Shown: positions 9,055 through 19,447 of the stretch, one piece after another
Layout of the letters: each line of letters opens with the position of its first letter
Numbering within the stretch: position 1 is the first letter of the stretch
Assembly: GCA_963793135.1 (NCBI GenBank)
Contig: CAWBYX010000012.1
Location: forward strand, 65,928-129,927
From: an uncultured Verrucomicrobiae bacterium
GTDB taxonomy: Bacteria > Verrucomicrobiota > Verrucomicrobiia > Chthoniobacterales > JAFAMB01
DNA length: 64,000 bases
Reading direction: 5' to 3'
The notes under the pieces: generated by a model
Told to the model about the DNA's origin: nothing
Database searches by the model: none
What the model saw: only the letters and a program-made list of their open reading frames with translations
Made by a program: the position numbers and the translations under genes

Positions 9055-9930
9055 GTGCGTCGTCATCCGGTGCAGTGTGCGAGCGTGACGCGTCTTCACT
9101 CGCTGGCTGTTCCCCATTTTGACCTCGAGAAAACGTTGAATTCCGGACAGGTATTTCACTGGGTCCGGCAAGGGAGAGGGTTTGTGGGGGCGATCGCAGA
9201 GAATCCAGTCTACCTGGAGCAAGTGGGGGATACTATCCGCCTCTGTCGGGGGCAGTCGAAGCTGGTGTCGCACTATCTGGCCTTGGACCATCCGCTCTTG
9301 AAAATTCTCGACACTTTTCCGTCCGATCCGGCGATCAAAGTCGCGGTGGAATATGGTCGAGGTCTGCGAATTATTCGTCAGCCGCCATGGGAATGCCTGG
9401 CGACCTTTCTCACTTCGTCGCTCAAGCAGGTGCAGCACATTCGAGCGATCTCCCTGGCGATACGGAGTCGTTTTGGCCGCAGATTGCCCTGGGACGGGAC
9501 GGAAGTTTTTAGCTATCCGGGACCTGAACAAGTGGCAGAAATTCCGGTGGATAAACTGCTGGAATGCAAGCTGGGATTCCGGGCAGGATATCTGCTCGCA
9601 ACAGCCAAAATGGTGGCTTCCGGAGCGGTGGATCTTGGAGCGATCGGTGGTTTGTCTACGATCGATGCGCGGGCGGCTCTCTGCGAGTTGCCCGGTGTGG
9701 GAGAAAAGATCGCCAACTGTGTGTTGTTGTTTGCCTATGACCGGTTGGAGGCGGTGCCGGTAGATGTTTGGATCGCCCGAGTCCTGAACGAGGTCTACTT
9801 TGCAGGGCGGAGCAAAGTTCCGTTACGCGAATTGAAGGCATTTGCGTCTGATTATTTCGGTTCTTATGCGGGTTATGCACAACAATACTTGTTTCATCAC
9901 TGGCGACTGACGTACCGAAGAAAGTCATGA
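9055..9930 (+). CDS. 8-oxoguanine DNA glycosylase (OGG1-type, HhH-GPD superfamily)
   Basis: N-terminal FDLEKTLNSGQVFHW, HhH-GPD element LCELPGVGEKIANCVLLFAY, catalytic-region PVDVWI; GTG start. Confidence 0.8.
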   Translation: MRRHPVQCASVTRLHSLAVPHFDLEKTLNSGQVFHWVRQGRGFVGAIAENPVYLEQVGDTIRLCRGQSKLVSHYLALDHPLLKILDTFPSDPAIKVAVEYGRGLRIIRQPPWECLATFLTSSLKQVQHIRAISLAIRSRFGRRLPWDGTEVFSYPGPEQVAEIPVDKLLECKLGFRAGYLLATAKMVASGAVDLGAIGGLSTIDARAALCELPGVGEKIANCVLLFAYDRLEAVPVDVWIARVLNEVYFAGRSKVPLRELKAFASDYFGSYAGYAQQYLFHHWRLTYRRKS

Positions 9931-10640
9931 TTCAAGTAGCTCTTTGCCCAAGCGAGATTCGCAGAATATCAGCGACCGACTTAAGTGAGGTCACCGCTGT
10001 GGTCTTTGACGTTTTGCGAGCGACATCTTCCATCATTACCGGCCTGGCCTCTGGGGTCGAGGCCATCATTCCGGTTGGCACGGTGGAGGAAGCGCGTCAG
10101 CGCAAGTTGAAGGATCCTGATCTTTTGTTGGCCGGTGAGAGGGGTGGATTGCCGCCGCAAGGCTTCGACCTGGGGAATTCGCCGGAAGAATTTGAGAACC
10201 TCAAAGGAAGACGCGTGGTATTGACGACCACGAATGGAACCGCTGCTATCCAAAGCGTGCAAAGTGCTTCCAAGGTACTAATCGGTGCCTTGTTGAATAT
10301 CGATGCCTTGGCGGACTATCTCTTCACGCATCCCCCCCGCACTCTCTTGTTGGTCTGCGCGGGAACTGGAGAAGAATTTAGTCTGGAGGATGCTTTTGCC
10401 GCGGGCGCGCTGGTGACCCGCCTGTCCGATGACCAGAGGCTATCGGATTCAGCGATGATCACTCGCAGCCTCTACGAGCAGGTGGGCGACGATCTCGACG
10501 AATGGCTCAGACAAACTAACAACGGCAGGCATTTACGTAAGATCGGCAAGGACGCGGACATTACCTGGTGCGCGCGGTTCTCGGTATTCGACTTGGTCTG
10601 TGAGCTCAAGGGAGAGCAGGTTGTTTGTTCGACGGAGTGA
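9927..10640 (+). CDS. comB: 2-phosphosulfolactate phosphatase family protein
   Basis: VVFDVLRATSSIITGLASGVEAIIPV ... GERGGLPPQGFDLGNSPEEF ... VVLTTTNGTAAI matches the ComB family pattern. 4-nt overlap with the upstream gene. Confidence 0.8.
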   Translation: MIQVALCPSEIRRISATDLSEVTAVVFDVLRATSSIITGLASGVEAIIPVGTVEEARQRKLKDPDLLLAGERGGLPPQGFDLGNSPEEFENLKGRRVVLTTTNGTAAIQSVQSASKVLIGALLNIDALADYLFTHPPRTLLLVCAGTGEEFSLEDAFAAGALVTRLSDDQRLSDSAMITRSLYEQVGDDLDEWLRQTNNGRHLRKIGKDADITWCARFSVFDLVCELKGEQVVCSTE

Positions 10641-10711
10641 GCCCTGCGGCAATTGTTTTGCTAATCACTTGAGCTACCGGAAGAGGAGATTTACTCTAGG
10701 CCGATTTGTCG

Positions 10712-11806
10712 ATGTCCGATAGGAAAAAGATCATCATAGCGATCGTTGGGTCGCTCATTTTGCACGTCATTATCATCCTTGGATCAAGCAGGGTGGTCGC
10801 ACTCTGGCCTGATTCGTCGCCTCCGGAACAGAAGGAGGATGAAACGCCCCCGCAAATGACGATGCTGGATACGCCAGCGCCCACGCCAACCCCCGCCGAA
10901 CAGAAGCAGCAGCCTCAATATCTCCGCACCAACGAAGACCAGAAGACCGATAAGAAACCTGTCGATTCCATGTTCGAATCCGACAAGGACACGGCTGCAG
11001 CAAGTGAACAGCCGGCTAAAGGTGATGCGCCACTCCCGACCCAAGAGGGAAAGGACACGCCGGATCTCGGCTTCAAGAATGAGCAATATTCACTTGCCGA
11101 CCGGGGGCAGGCGTTCGCCACCGATCCGGGGCGCCAAACTCAGGCGCAAGCCCCACCAAAAGGAGAGAAGCAGGAAGAAACTCAACCGATCGAATCGCCA
11201 ACTCCTGCACCTACTCCTACTCCCACTCCTGTTGCTACGCCGACACCGACACCTACCCCAACCCCTACGCCCAATCCGACTCCCACACCTAATCCGACCT
11301 CCACGCCGGATATCGTTCCAAGCGATGAAGAGATGGCAATGCTTCGCCCGACACCGACGCCGTTGCCCACTCCCGTTCGAAAGCAGCAAACGACGCCGCA
11401 GCGCCCGAGCGCTCCCGCTACGGCGTACCGTCCGATGCAGCGAATGTCGCGTATGCAGGGCAACATCAACAATCGCGGGAGATCTTCGATTGCGGCATTG
11501 GGTACACCGCAAGGAAGATTCAGAAAAGCAGTGGAGGATGCGGTCGGCTCACGGTGGTACTACTATATGCGGGACAAGCGTGATCTGGTCAATTTCGGCT
11601 CTGTGCGAATTAGTTTTGAGGTGCGCTCGGACGGAAAAGTGGAAGATGTGAAAGTGGTCAGCAATTCGTCCAATGAAACTTTAGCCTCTTTATCTTTACA
11701 ATCGATTATTGACGCCAACTTACCACCGATGCCGGAGGATCTCGCTCCGATGTTAGCCGGAGATCCGATGGAGTTTACTCTTACTTTTACCTTCTCTTCT
11801 GAATAG
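10712..11806 (+). CDS. tonB: TonB-like energy transducer (N-terminal anchor, Pro/Thr-rich linker, TonB_C-like domain)
   Basis: TM anchor [18 protein letters not shown], long PTPTPTP linker, and a C-terminal domain ([44 protein letters not shown]). Directly followed by exbB/exbD. Confidence 0.7.
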   Translation: MSDRKKIIIAIVGSLILHVIIILGSSRVVALWPDSSPPEQKEDETPPQMTMLDTPAPTPTPAEQKQQPQYLRTNEDQKTDKKPVDSMFESDKDTAAASEQPAKGDAPLPTQEGKDTPDLGFKNEQYSLADRGQAFATDPGRQTQAQAPPKGEKQEETQPIESPTPAPTPTPTPVATPTPTPTPTPTPNPTPTPNPTSTPDIVPSDEEMAMLRPTPTPLPTPVRKQQTTPQRPSAPATAYRPMQRMSRMQGNINNRGRSSIAALGTPQGRFRKAVEDAVGSRWYYYMRDKRDLVNFGSVRISFEVRSDGKVEDVKVVSNSSNETLASLSLQSIIDANLPPMPEDLAPMLAGDPMEFTLTFTFSSE

Positions 11807-11808
11807 CC

Positions 11809-12501
11809 ATGTTCCATCTAGCCTTATTCGAAAATACGTTGGATTTCTTTGTCAAAGGCGGCGTTTTCATGGCGGTTTTGCTGCTCTGTTCCTTTGTCGC
11901 CCTGACCGTTATTTTACTGCGGTCGTTTGCCCTGCGGCGCCGAGCGGTGATTCCGGCATTAATTGAGAAAGAGATTAACAAGATCAGACCGGGCGATGAA
12001 CCAGAGCATTTGCGCCATCTGATACAGGACGACCATTCACCGCTCTCGCGAATCGTAGAGGTGGCGGTACGCCCGTACAACGCCACGAAGCAGGAGACGC
12101 TGGAAGTGGTTCAATCGCGTGCCCGACAGGAGATTGTGCGTCTGGAAAGCGGGCTTTTCATCCTGGAGATTGTCGTTGGCATCGCTCCCTTGCTCGGTTT
12201 GCTGGGCGCGGTGACTGGGTTAGTGCGAGTCTTTGGCAGTATCGGTAACGGAGCCATGTCCACCTCGGATTTGAAGGGCATTGCCGCCGGGATAGGCGAA
12301 GCCCTGAGCACAACTATCGTGGGATTGGCGATCGCAATTGCTGCTCTGGTGGCTTTCAGCTACTTTTCCCGCCGAGTCGAGCGATTGGCGGTTGAGATGG
12401 AAGCGTTAATGATCGATTTGATCGAGAAGATCTTTCACGGCAATCGAGGGCCGGACGCCTTTGCGCCGGAAAATGGTTCGCTCGAGGGGGCAACGCGATG
12501 A
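11809..12501 (+). CDS. exbB: MotA/TolQ/ExbB proton-channel family protein
   Basis: Three TM segments and the conserved LLGLLGAVTGLVRVFGSIG ... GIAAGIGEALSTTIVGLAIAI motif. Confidence 0.85.
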   Translation: MFHLALFENTLDFFVKGGVFMAVLLLCSFVALTVILLRSFALRRRAVIPALIEKEINKIRPGDEPEHLRHLIQDDHSPLSRIVEVAVRPYNATKQETLEVVQSRARQEIVRLESGLFILEIVVGIAPLLGLLGAVTGLVRVFGSIGNGAMSTSDLKGIAAGIGEALSTTIVGLAIAIAALVAFSYFSRRVERLAVEMEALMIDLIEKIFHGNRGPDAFAPENGSLEGATR

Positions 12502-12917
12502 GGTTCTACGTTAAGCGGAAACGAACTCCGCAAATCATCATTGTCTCGCTGATAGATATTTTCGCGATGCTCCTCATTTTTTTCATCGTCACCACGACAT
12601 TCAAGACGGCGGAATCGCAGCTTTCAATCAAGCTACCGGAATCTAAGAGTGCAACACAGGCCGAAAACCCAGCCGATCCAGTGGTACTGGCAATTACCTC
12701 TGACGAAAAAATCGTTCTGGACAATCGCTCGCTGAAAGGCGTGGACGACCTTGGGCCCGCGCTGGAGGAGGTGCAAAAGACGACTCCGACCCGGCCGCTG
12801 GCGATGAAGGCGGATCAGAAAGTTTCATTCGGGTTTATCGTTCAGGTACTGGATGCTTTGAAAAAAGCCGGAATCAAGAATTTGCCCACATTTACAAAAG
12901 CGCCCGATCAGAAATGA
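12498..12917 (+). CDS. exbD: biopolymer transporter ExbD/TolR
   Basis: 139 aa; N-terminal TM (IIIVSLIDIFAMLLIFFIVTTTF) and periplasmic domain; 4-nt overlaps on both sides. Confidence 0.85.
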   Translation: MRFYVKRKRTPQIIIVSLIDIFAMLLIFFIVTTTFKTAESQLSIKLPESKSATQAENPADPVVLAITSDEKIVLDNRSLKGVDDLGPALEEVQKTTPTRPLAMKADQKVSFGFIVQVLDALKKAGIKNLPTFTKAPDQK

Positions 12918-13468
12918 TTAGAGACATCGTCATATATGGAGATCCGGTGCTTCGCGCCAAAGGGAAGCGGATTGAGGAGATCGACGACGAAATTCGCGCG
13001 TTGGCAGGCGACATGCTGGAAACAATGTACGGAGCAAGCGGCGTGGGTCTCGCCGCGCAACAGGTGGGAAAAGCTCTCCAATTGACGGTGATCGACGTCA
13101 GCGATGCCGAAAGCCGCCCAAGCCAAATGTGGATTGCTGGAGAAGAAGTTGATCCGAAGGATCATATGCCGCTGATCCTGGTCAATCCGGAACTGCAGCT
13201 CAGTGAGGAGTTGGAGCTCAGTACCGAAGGGTGCCTGAGCTTTCCGGAAATCACCGCGGAAATTGCGCGCCCGGGAAAGGTCAAAGTCGTTGCTCAGGAT
13301 CTGCAAGGGAATCGCCTCGAATTTGAGGCGGCAGGGCTGTTAGGCCGGGCTCTTCAGCATGAGATGGATCATTTGAACGGAATTTTGTTTATCGATCGTA
13401 TGTCTTCGGCGGCCAAAGCGTCGTTGGCCGGCAGATTGAAGCGATTGGCGGCTGAACATCGAGAGTGA
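12914..13468 (+). CDS. def: peptide deformylase
   Basis: The three PDF motifs are present: GVGLAAQQVG, EGCLSFP, HEMDHLNG. Confidence 0.95.
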   Translation: MIRDIVIYGDPVLRAKGKRIEEIDDEIRALAGDMLETMYGASGVGLAAQQVGKALQLTVIDVSDAESRPSQMWIAGEEVDPKDHMPLILVNPELQLSEELELSTEGCLSFPEITAEIARPGKVKVVAQDLQGNRLEFEAAGLLGRALQHEMDHLNGILFIDRMSSAAKASLAGRLKRLAAEHRE

Positions 13469-15376
13469 GAACATTTGATCCGTACTGGGCGGTTCCTTCG
13501 CTGCTATCCAATTATTCTTTCGAGAGTTCATTGAACGATCCGCAACCAACCCTGGAGCGGGAATCGGGAGTCTCAGGTGTCGAGGAGGTTCGGGTCAGCC
13601 ACTCCGTCGGGCGCGTTCTCGGAGAGAAAGTACCTTCTTCTTGGGTAATGGCATTGGCTGTCCTGTTATTTTTGTATTTCTTCACCTGCGGCGTCCCAAG
13701 ACTGTTTGATCAGATCGACGGCCAATACGCCGGCGCGGCACGAGAAATGATGGAGCGGGGTGATTGGTTAACTCCGACCCAGAATGGCGTACCCAGGTTG
13801 CAAAAGCCTCCTCTGGTCTACTGGTGCGAAATCCTCTCGATGCGCGTCTTTGGAGTCAACGAGTTTGGCGCGCGTTTTCCCGTGGCGCTGGCAACTGTTG
13901 GCTGGTTCCTGGCGACCGGTCTGCTCGCCCGGCGAGTCGTTGGCACCTGGTCCGCAGGAGTCGCCGGCGCACTGACCCTGGCGATGTTCACCGGCACGTT
14001 TTTCTTTACTCATCTCGTGATGCCGGAAGCTTTTTTGAGTTGTTTTCTGACGTTGTCATTCTGGGCGTTGCTCAAGGCGACGCAAATGACGAGTGAACCG
14101 GAGCAAAGGTGGAAGGGGGACCGGTGGCTGATGGTTGCGTGGTGCTTCATCGCGCTGAGCACGCTCACCAAAGGCATTCATGGGTTGCTTATTCCTGTTG
14201 CCGCCCTCTCTTTCACTGCGTGGTGGAGGCCCTCGATGCGCGTGGTGTGGAGAAGATTTCTATTCCGGCCGCACGGTTGGCTTCTGTTACTGGCGGTGCT
14301 GGTGCCGTGGTATCTGGTGACCGAGCAGCGCTATCCCGGATTCCTCAAGGATCATTTTTTCAATGAGCAGATCGGCTCGGCACTGAGTCGGAGATCGCCG
14401 CCGGACAGTGATCGAGTGCCTCTTTCCATCTTGTGGCTCGAGCATCTGGTCCTGCTTTTCCCTATCTCGCTTTTGTTTCCCGCCGCGGTCAAGGCGGCTT
14501 TCCAAAGCCGGAAAGTAGGCCGGCCATGGGTCAGCAACGACGGACTCCTTCTTCTTTGGTGGTTCCTCGTCGTCGCGATCGGGATCAGTTTCGCCAATAC
14601 ACAGGATTACTATCTGATGATCGTGTGGGCGCCCGTGGCGGTTTGGATCGCATGGACTGTCACGAGAAACGAGATTTCGTTCAAATGGCCTGCGATCGTG
14701 GTCAGCCTGCTGGGTATTTCAGGGCTTCTGGTGGCGCTGGTTCTGGCAATTTCGAGTAGCAGTGAGTTAGCCGATTCTTCAAGGTCCAGAACTTTGATCG
14801 GGGATACGATTCTGAATGTCTTTCAGGTTCTGCCGCCCACGGCGTGGAGAGGGATCATCCCGCTTTTATTCATTGCGTCAACCTCCGCCCTGGTGGTCGG
14901 AATTTCGGCTTTTATCTTTAATCGCAAAGGGAGGTCTGAGTTCTGCCTCGCCGGCTTTGCATTTTTAATGGCGGCGGTTTTCGCAATCGGCACGCGCGCC
15001 ATGCAGTTGGTTGAGGATGAATTTTCCTCTGCGAAGATTGCGAAATTGATCGATGCCCGGGATGGTTCGGGTGGCATGGTAATCGCTCGAGGGGGATCCG
15101 AATGACAAGACGACCTTATTTTTTTATTTACACCGGCCAATCTTCTGGGTGGACGGCCATCCAAATATCGAATTTGCCACCCGCACGCTTGGGATCGGTC
15201 GTGACCATTACCTGAAGCGTGAGCAGGTGGCAGAGGCATGGCGAGAAACCAAACAGATATTTCTGGTGATTGAAGGAGACACACTCTCCGAATGGGCTGC
15301 CTACTTGCGCCTTGGACCGGAACGGTCGAACCCTATTGGAACCTGTGGTTCTCGTGTGGTCTTGGCGAATCGGTAG
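13465..15376 (+). pseudogene. GT39/ArnT-like glycosyltransferase, interrupted by a frame change at the G5 run 15091-15095
   Basis: ORF 13465..15105 has the GT39 N-terminal loop (QYAGAAREMMERGDWLTPTQNGVPRLQKPPLVYW) and many TM segments. It stops at ...ARGGSE*. The next frame, open from 15083, reads GDPNDKTTLFFYLHRPIFWVDGHPNIEF...VVLANR. True start uncertain (GTG 13465 or ATG 13648). Confidence 0.7.
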
Positions 15377-15407
15377 AATCCCGATCTTGCTCCCCAGGAT
15401 ACCCCTC

Positions 15408-16127
15408 ATGTCCGCCCAGACCCATATGCAACGACTTTTCTCGCATCTCTGCCGGTGGCTGGTTCGAGGAGCGTTCTCTCTGGTTTGCCGGACGAAGATC
15501 GTCTACTTCGGGAATCCCCCCATCGGGACCGGATATATTCTGGCGAGCAATCATATCAGCCATTTTGATCCTCCTTTTTTGGGGTCTCGGTTCCGGCGGT
15601 ATGTCGATTGGATGGCAATGGAGGAGTTGTTCCGTAATCGCACGAGTGCCACCCTAATGACCTGGCTTTGTGCCTTCAAAGTGAGGCGCGACGGGACTGA
15701 TCGCACGGGGATCCGTACCGCGGTGAAGCGACTCCAGGAAGGGCGGGTTGTCGGAGTTTTTCCCGAAGGCGGCATCCGCGCGGGCAAAGGATCGGTCCTT
15801 GAAGGGGCGCCGATGTGGCCCGGGGTCAGCGCTCTCGCTGTGCTGTCGGGTAAACCGATCATTCCGAGCGTAATCATTGGAACGGATCGATTGTATAACA
15901 AGAGAAACTGGTTTCGCTTCCGCCGTGTCGCCGTCTGGATTGGATTTGGCGAAGGAATTGTTCCTCGAGTTGATCTCCCGAAGAAAGACGCGCGCGAGTT
16001 AGTTCAAGATTCTCTTTCCAAAGCATTCGTTTCGCTGAAAGAACGCCTGGTGTTTAAATTCCGGCTGGCTGAAACGGACCTGCCAACGACCCCGCAGGCC
16101 AGAAAACGAGAGGACTATCTTCCTTGA
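15408..16127 (+). CDS. 1-acyl-sn-glycerol-3-phosphate acyltransferase (PlsC/LPLAT family)
   Basis: Acyltransferase motifs NHISHFDPP and VGVFPEGGIR. Start at the ATG at residue 47 of the track ORF. Confidence 0.85.
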   Translation: MSAQTHMQRLFSHLCRWLVRGAFSLVCRTKIVYFGNPPIGTGYILASNHISHFDPPFLGSRFRRYVDWMAMEELFRNRTSATLMTWLCAFKVRRDGTDRTGIRTAVKRLQEGRVVGVFPEGGIRAGKGSVLEGAPMWPGVSALAVLSGKPIIPSVIIGTDRLYNKRNWFRFRRVAVWIGFGEGIVPRVDLPKKDARELVQDSLSKAFVSLKERLVFKFRLAETDLPTTPQARKREDYLP

Positions 16128-17107
16128 ACCGCAGGACTGGCCGCAAAATCGGGACCCTCCTGCGCAGAAAGACAGCGTCGGGCCTCGATGCGGTGATGTG
16201 TGCCATGATCAACGGTATCCAACGGAAAATGGGTCATCATGTCTGCACTCCGCACGAGCTCGACCTCTATTTTTCGGCTTGTGAACCGATTTCGCGTGAT
16301 CAGTTCTACCAGGTTCAAGAAATGCCGGAAGTGGAAAGAGTGGGGGATTATCTGGAGTGGCGAAGCCCGGTGCAAACCGAATTTCCGGAAAATCAGACAG
16401 CGCGCGCCCGGCTCTTTTTGAGCGAGAAGGGATTCCGCGCTCCAACGGTGATCCTTTTGCATGCACTAATGTCAGCGAATGATTTGGGGTACCGCCGGAT
16501 TGCCGCGCAGCTGAATCGCCGTGGTTGGAATGCAGCGCTGATACATTTGCCCTATCATTATTCCCGGGTGCCCCGTGGTTACTCTAACGGAGCACTGGCC
16601 TTAACGTCGAATCTACCTCAGAACGCGGAAACGCTGCGTCAGGCGGTCACGGAAGTACGCCAACTGATGGAATATCTTCGGAGCATTGGGTGTCCAGATT
16701 TTGGAATGATCGGGACTAGCTATGGTGGCTGGGTGGGCGCGCTGGTAAGCTTCCTGGAAAGGGAATTCCGGTTTGTTACGCTTTTGCAACCGATAGCCGA
16801 TATCGAGCATGCGATCTGGGAGAGCCCTGCATCTTCAATGATTCGAAGAGCTTTGGTGACGGCGGGGATCGAGAAGGGCGTTACCAGGCGCCATGCACAT
16901 CTTACCTCGCCGCTGGATGGTCGGCCGGCCTGCGAGGGGAAACGTGTCCTGATTGTCGGGGGCACCTTTGACACCATCACGCCGCCCGCTGTGCTGCAAA
17001 GATTGGCGGGAGTCTGGCCCGACTCACAATTCACGCTCGTCGAACAAGGTCATTTCGGCTATGCCGCAATGCGGGAAGCGCTGCGCCGGATTGACGTTTC
17101 GCTTTGA
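16124..17107 (+). CDS. alpha/beta hydrolase fold protein
   Basis: Nucleophile elbow GTSYGG, an oxyanion-region LLHAL, and a C-terminal GHFG histidine region; TTG start overlaps the upstream stop; subfamily unknown. Confidence 0.65.
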   Translation: MNRRTGRKIGTLLRRKTASGLDAVMCAMINGIQRKMGHHVCTPHELDLYFSACEPISRDQFYQVQEMPEVERVGDYLEWRSPVQTEFPENQTARARLFLSEKGFRAPTVILLHALMSANDLGYRRIAAQLNRRGWNAALIHLPYHYSRVPRGYSNGALALTSNLPQNAETLRQAVTEVRQLMEYLRSIGCPDFGMIGTSYGGWVGALVSFLEREFRFVTLLQPIADIEHAIWESPASSMIRRALVTAGIEKGVTRRHAHLTSPLDGRPACEGKRVLIVGGTFDTITPPAVLQRLAGVWPDSQFTLVEQGHFGYAAMREALRRIDVSL

Positions 17108-17161
17108 CCATCGCGAAGACTCCTCGACGAACCCCCCATACGCAGAAACGCCGATAGTTCT

Positions 17162-17698
17162 CTAGCCTGCCCGGTAGTGAAGGCTAACGGATCGGTAGAC
17201 TTCGGTATTACGCTCGGCCGAATAGAAAAAAAGTTGGATACTGCTGGCCGGCTTTTTCCACTCGTATCCCACGATCGTCTGCATGATATCGCCTTCCGGC
17301 TTTTTGTCCTTGGCCAGCACGATTGCGGGACCGTATAAGTCTTCCAATCGTTGGCGCGCGCTTTCGAGGAATTGTTCGTAAGCAACGAGATCCCAGTTGG
17401 CCTGCTGGTATTGCAACTCGACTTCAACAAGGTTCTTCTCGCTGCCGAAATAAACGATCGTGCGCTGGAGGGCGGGTTGGATTAAGCCCTCGATCGTCCA
17501 CGCCTCGCGGCCCTCGATGACTGATCGGTCGACGATCCGGGCGCCAGCACGGCCGATGATCTTTTCAATTTCCTTTTGTCCTTCGGCCCAATGAAGGCCG
17601 AATGGCGGCCCGATTCGTTGAGAATAGGCGATTTGAACGTCCGCAAGGCCGAGCATTCCAGCTACGAACCATAGAACCCAAGCACGCACGGACCTCAT
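17162..17698 (-). CDS. secreted hypothetical protein, 178 aa
   Basis: Signal-peptide-like N-terminus MRSVRAWVLWFVAGMLGLADVQIAYSQ; no family recognised. Confidence 0.6.
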   Translation of the reverse strand: MRSVRAWVLWFVAGMLGLADVQIAYSQRIGPPFGLHWAEGQKEIEKIIGRAGARIVDRSVIEGREAWTIEGLIQPALQRTIVYFGSEKNLVEVELQYQQANWDLVAYEQFLESARQRLEDLYGPAIVLAKDKKPEGDIMQTIVGYEWKKPASSIQLFFYSAERNTEVYRSVSLHYRAG

Positions 17699-17742
17699 AG
17701 GAAAAAAGTTCCGCTCAATTTAGAGCCCCAGACGGGCCGTGG

Positions 17743-18909
17743 TCAAAGCTGTTTGATATGTTGCAGGTATTCCGGCTCCATCGGCAACAGCCAAGGCACG
17801 GATTCACCGGGAGTCCAAAACCCGGCCATTCGCAAAGGACCTGAGGTGTAGTGCGCATTTGCCATCATGTAAGTATTAACAAAGTCGCGTGCCTGGCTCC
17901 AGTCGGGCCCGTGCTTAGAGGTTTGCTTCCAGGTACCAGCGGATGCTCGGAACCAGTATGGACGGATCTCTTCGATGGTAACCGCAAAGATGTGCCACAT
18001 CCGAACGGTACTAACATGGGAGTGCGGATCCCAAGGCAGAGCTTCGAAATGCCAAAACAACCTGGTCCCCGGATTTTTTTTGACGACATCAATCACAAAA
18101 TCATCCGGAGCTGTCCGAGAAAGTCCGACCGGACCCGGGGCCCGGGCGGTGCCGGAACGATGCTCTCTGACATATCTTTGATCAAAATCCTGGAGGGTAT
18201 TGACCGGAACACCTTTGAGATAAAATGTCCCGACTATAGGGGCCAGAAGCTTGTTGCACCCGAAGAGCCGCTTGACCGCTTTCATACCAGCCAGGGAGTC
18301 GCCGATGTTACAGGCCCGAAGTTCCACCCGGTCAAGCTTCAGCGACTGCACTCTCTCCATCTTCTCCACCAACCGATTCAGGGTCGTGCGTGGCGCGGTT
18401 CCGCCGAGTAGGAGTTCGTTTTTGGCCACCTCATCCAGCCACTGCTCGAAGAGGCCCTCGACCTCCTTTAGCGTCACTTCGCCGAAGATCGACCCAGCGG
18501 CGATCTCCTCAGTAAGTTTGACCCAGGCGCCGATCTTAGCCTTTTTTTCTTTGTCGGATCCGCTGGGCATCGCCCGGATAACCTTGGCCTTCCGCTGTGC
18601 GGAACTCACGTCGAGCAGGCGTGCAATCGCCGTTTGCCCGGCCGGCAAGCGCCCACCCTTTGCCAAGGGCATGAGAAGTCCCTCGCCGTAGGCATGGCAG
18701 ACGAGCATCACCACGTCACCAGCGGTGACTTTCGCCACTTCATCAAGAACGAGGTCCAAGGTCGCATTATTGACTTTCACGATTTGCGACTTGTCCAGGG
18801 TCAATTCTCCGGCCGGCGAAGGCTCCCAAGGGAATTCGGCGTAGTAATCCGCCGCCTCCTCGAGGCCATGCTCACCGGTGTGCACGATGACGCGAACGGA
18901 ACTGGCCAT
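17743..18909 (-). CDS. hypothetical protein, 388 aa, no recognised domain
   Basis: Long clean ATG-started frame; protein-like composition; see findings for a speculative His/Cys pair. Confidence 0.65.
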   Translation of the reverse strand: MASSVRVIVHTGEHGLEEAADYYAEFPWEPSPAGELTLDKSQIVKVNNATLDLVLDEVAKVTAGDVVMLVCHAYGEGLLMPLAKGGRLPAGQTAIARLLDVSSAQRKAKVIRAMPSGSDKEKKAKIGAWVKLTEEIAAGSIFGEVTLKEVEGLFEQWLDEVAKNELLLGGTAPRTTLNRLVEKMERVQSLKLDRVELRACNIGDSLAGMKAVKRLFGCNKLLAPIVGTFYLKGVPVNTLQDFDQRYVREHRSGTARAPGPVGLSRTAPDDFVIDVVKKNPGTRLFWHFEALPWDPHSHVSTVRMWHIFAVTIEEIRPYWFRASAGTWKQTSKHGPDWSQARDFVNTYMMANAHYTSGPLRMAGFWTPGESVPWLLPMEPEYLQHIKQL

Positions 18910-18937
18910 GATCTTATTCCCGGAATGTCAGAACCTT

Positions 18938-19327
18938 TTACTCCGGCGGCACCGGCCGCGGCTTTCGATTCTCGTCAGTAGCAACGAAAGTAAAAACTGC
19001 TTCTGTGACTTTGCTCCTGGCGTCATCGGTCCGGCTTCGCCTCCAGGCTTCCACTCGGATCGTCATCGAGGTGGTGCCGATTTTCACAATAGTTCCGTAC
19101 AGACTGACTTCATCTCCGATAAAGACCGGTTCATGAAAAATCATGCCGTCCACGGCAATCGTCGCGCAACGACCGCGACACCGCCGGCTGGCGGCGTTTG
19201 CTCCGGCGAGGTCCATCTGAGACATCAGCCATCCGCCGAAAATGTCTCCGGACGGGTTGGCATCTGCCGGCATGGCGATCGCGCGAATGAGCGGTTCACC
19301 GTCAGGTAGGTGAGTTGAATAGGGCAT
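18938..19327 (-). CDS. acyl-CoA thioesterase (YciA-like hotdog fold)
   Basis: MPADANPSGDIFGGWLMSQMDLAGANAA ... IAVDGMIFHEPVFIGDEVSLYG matches the YciA/4HBT pattern. Confidence 0.85.
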   Translation of the reverse strand: MPYSTHLPDGEPLIRAIAMPADANPSGDIFGGWLMSQMDLAGANAASRRCRGRCATIAVDGMIFHEPVFIGDEVSLYGTIVKIGTTSMTIRVEAWRRSRTDDARSKVTEAVFTFVATDENRKPRPVPPE

Positions 19328-19447
19328 ATGCTTTTTGACTTGGAGACCGAAGACAAGAGTTAAACCGCAGATGAGATCGATTGCCTAGACGAATTCTGCC
19401 GAAGGAGTTGATTTGGATGAGGGCAACTCCTGATGGCCTGTGTGCCC

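Noticed and set aside
8785-9531. 248-aa minus-strand ORF spanning the heptamer arrays and the 5' part of the glycosylase gene
   Set aside because: It is antisense to a well-supported OGG-type CDS and runs through period-7 repeats. Its Arg/Ser/Pro-rich composition is typical of an out-of-frame shadow ORF.
11170-11300. Repetitive CCGACACC/ACTCCTAC-type DNA inside the TonB-like gene
   Set aside because: It encodes the Pro/Thr-rich periplasmic linker (PTPTPTP) normal for TonB proteins. It is a coding low-complexity region, not an independent repeat element.
15091-15095. Homopolymer frameshift sites as phase-variable contingency switches
   Set aside because: The runs are only 4-5 nt, far shorter than the tracts that give appreciable slippage. 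Sequencing error or rare mutation is the simpler explanation.
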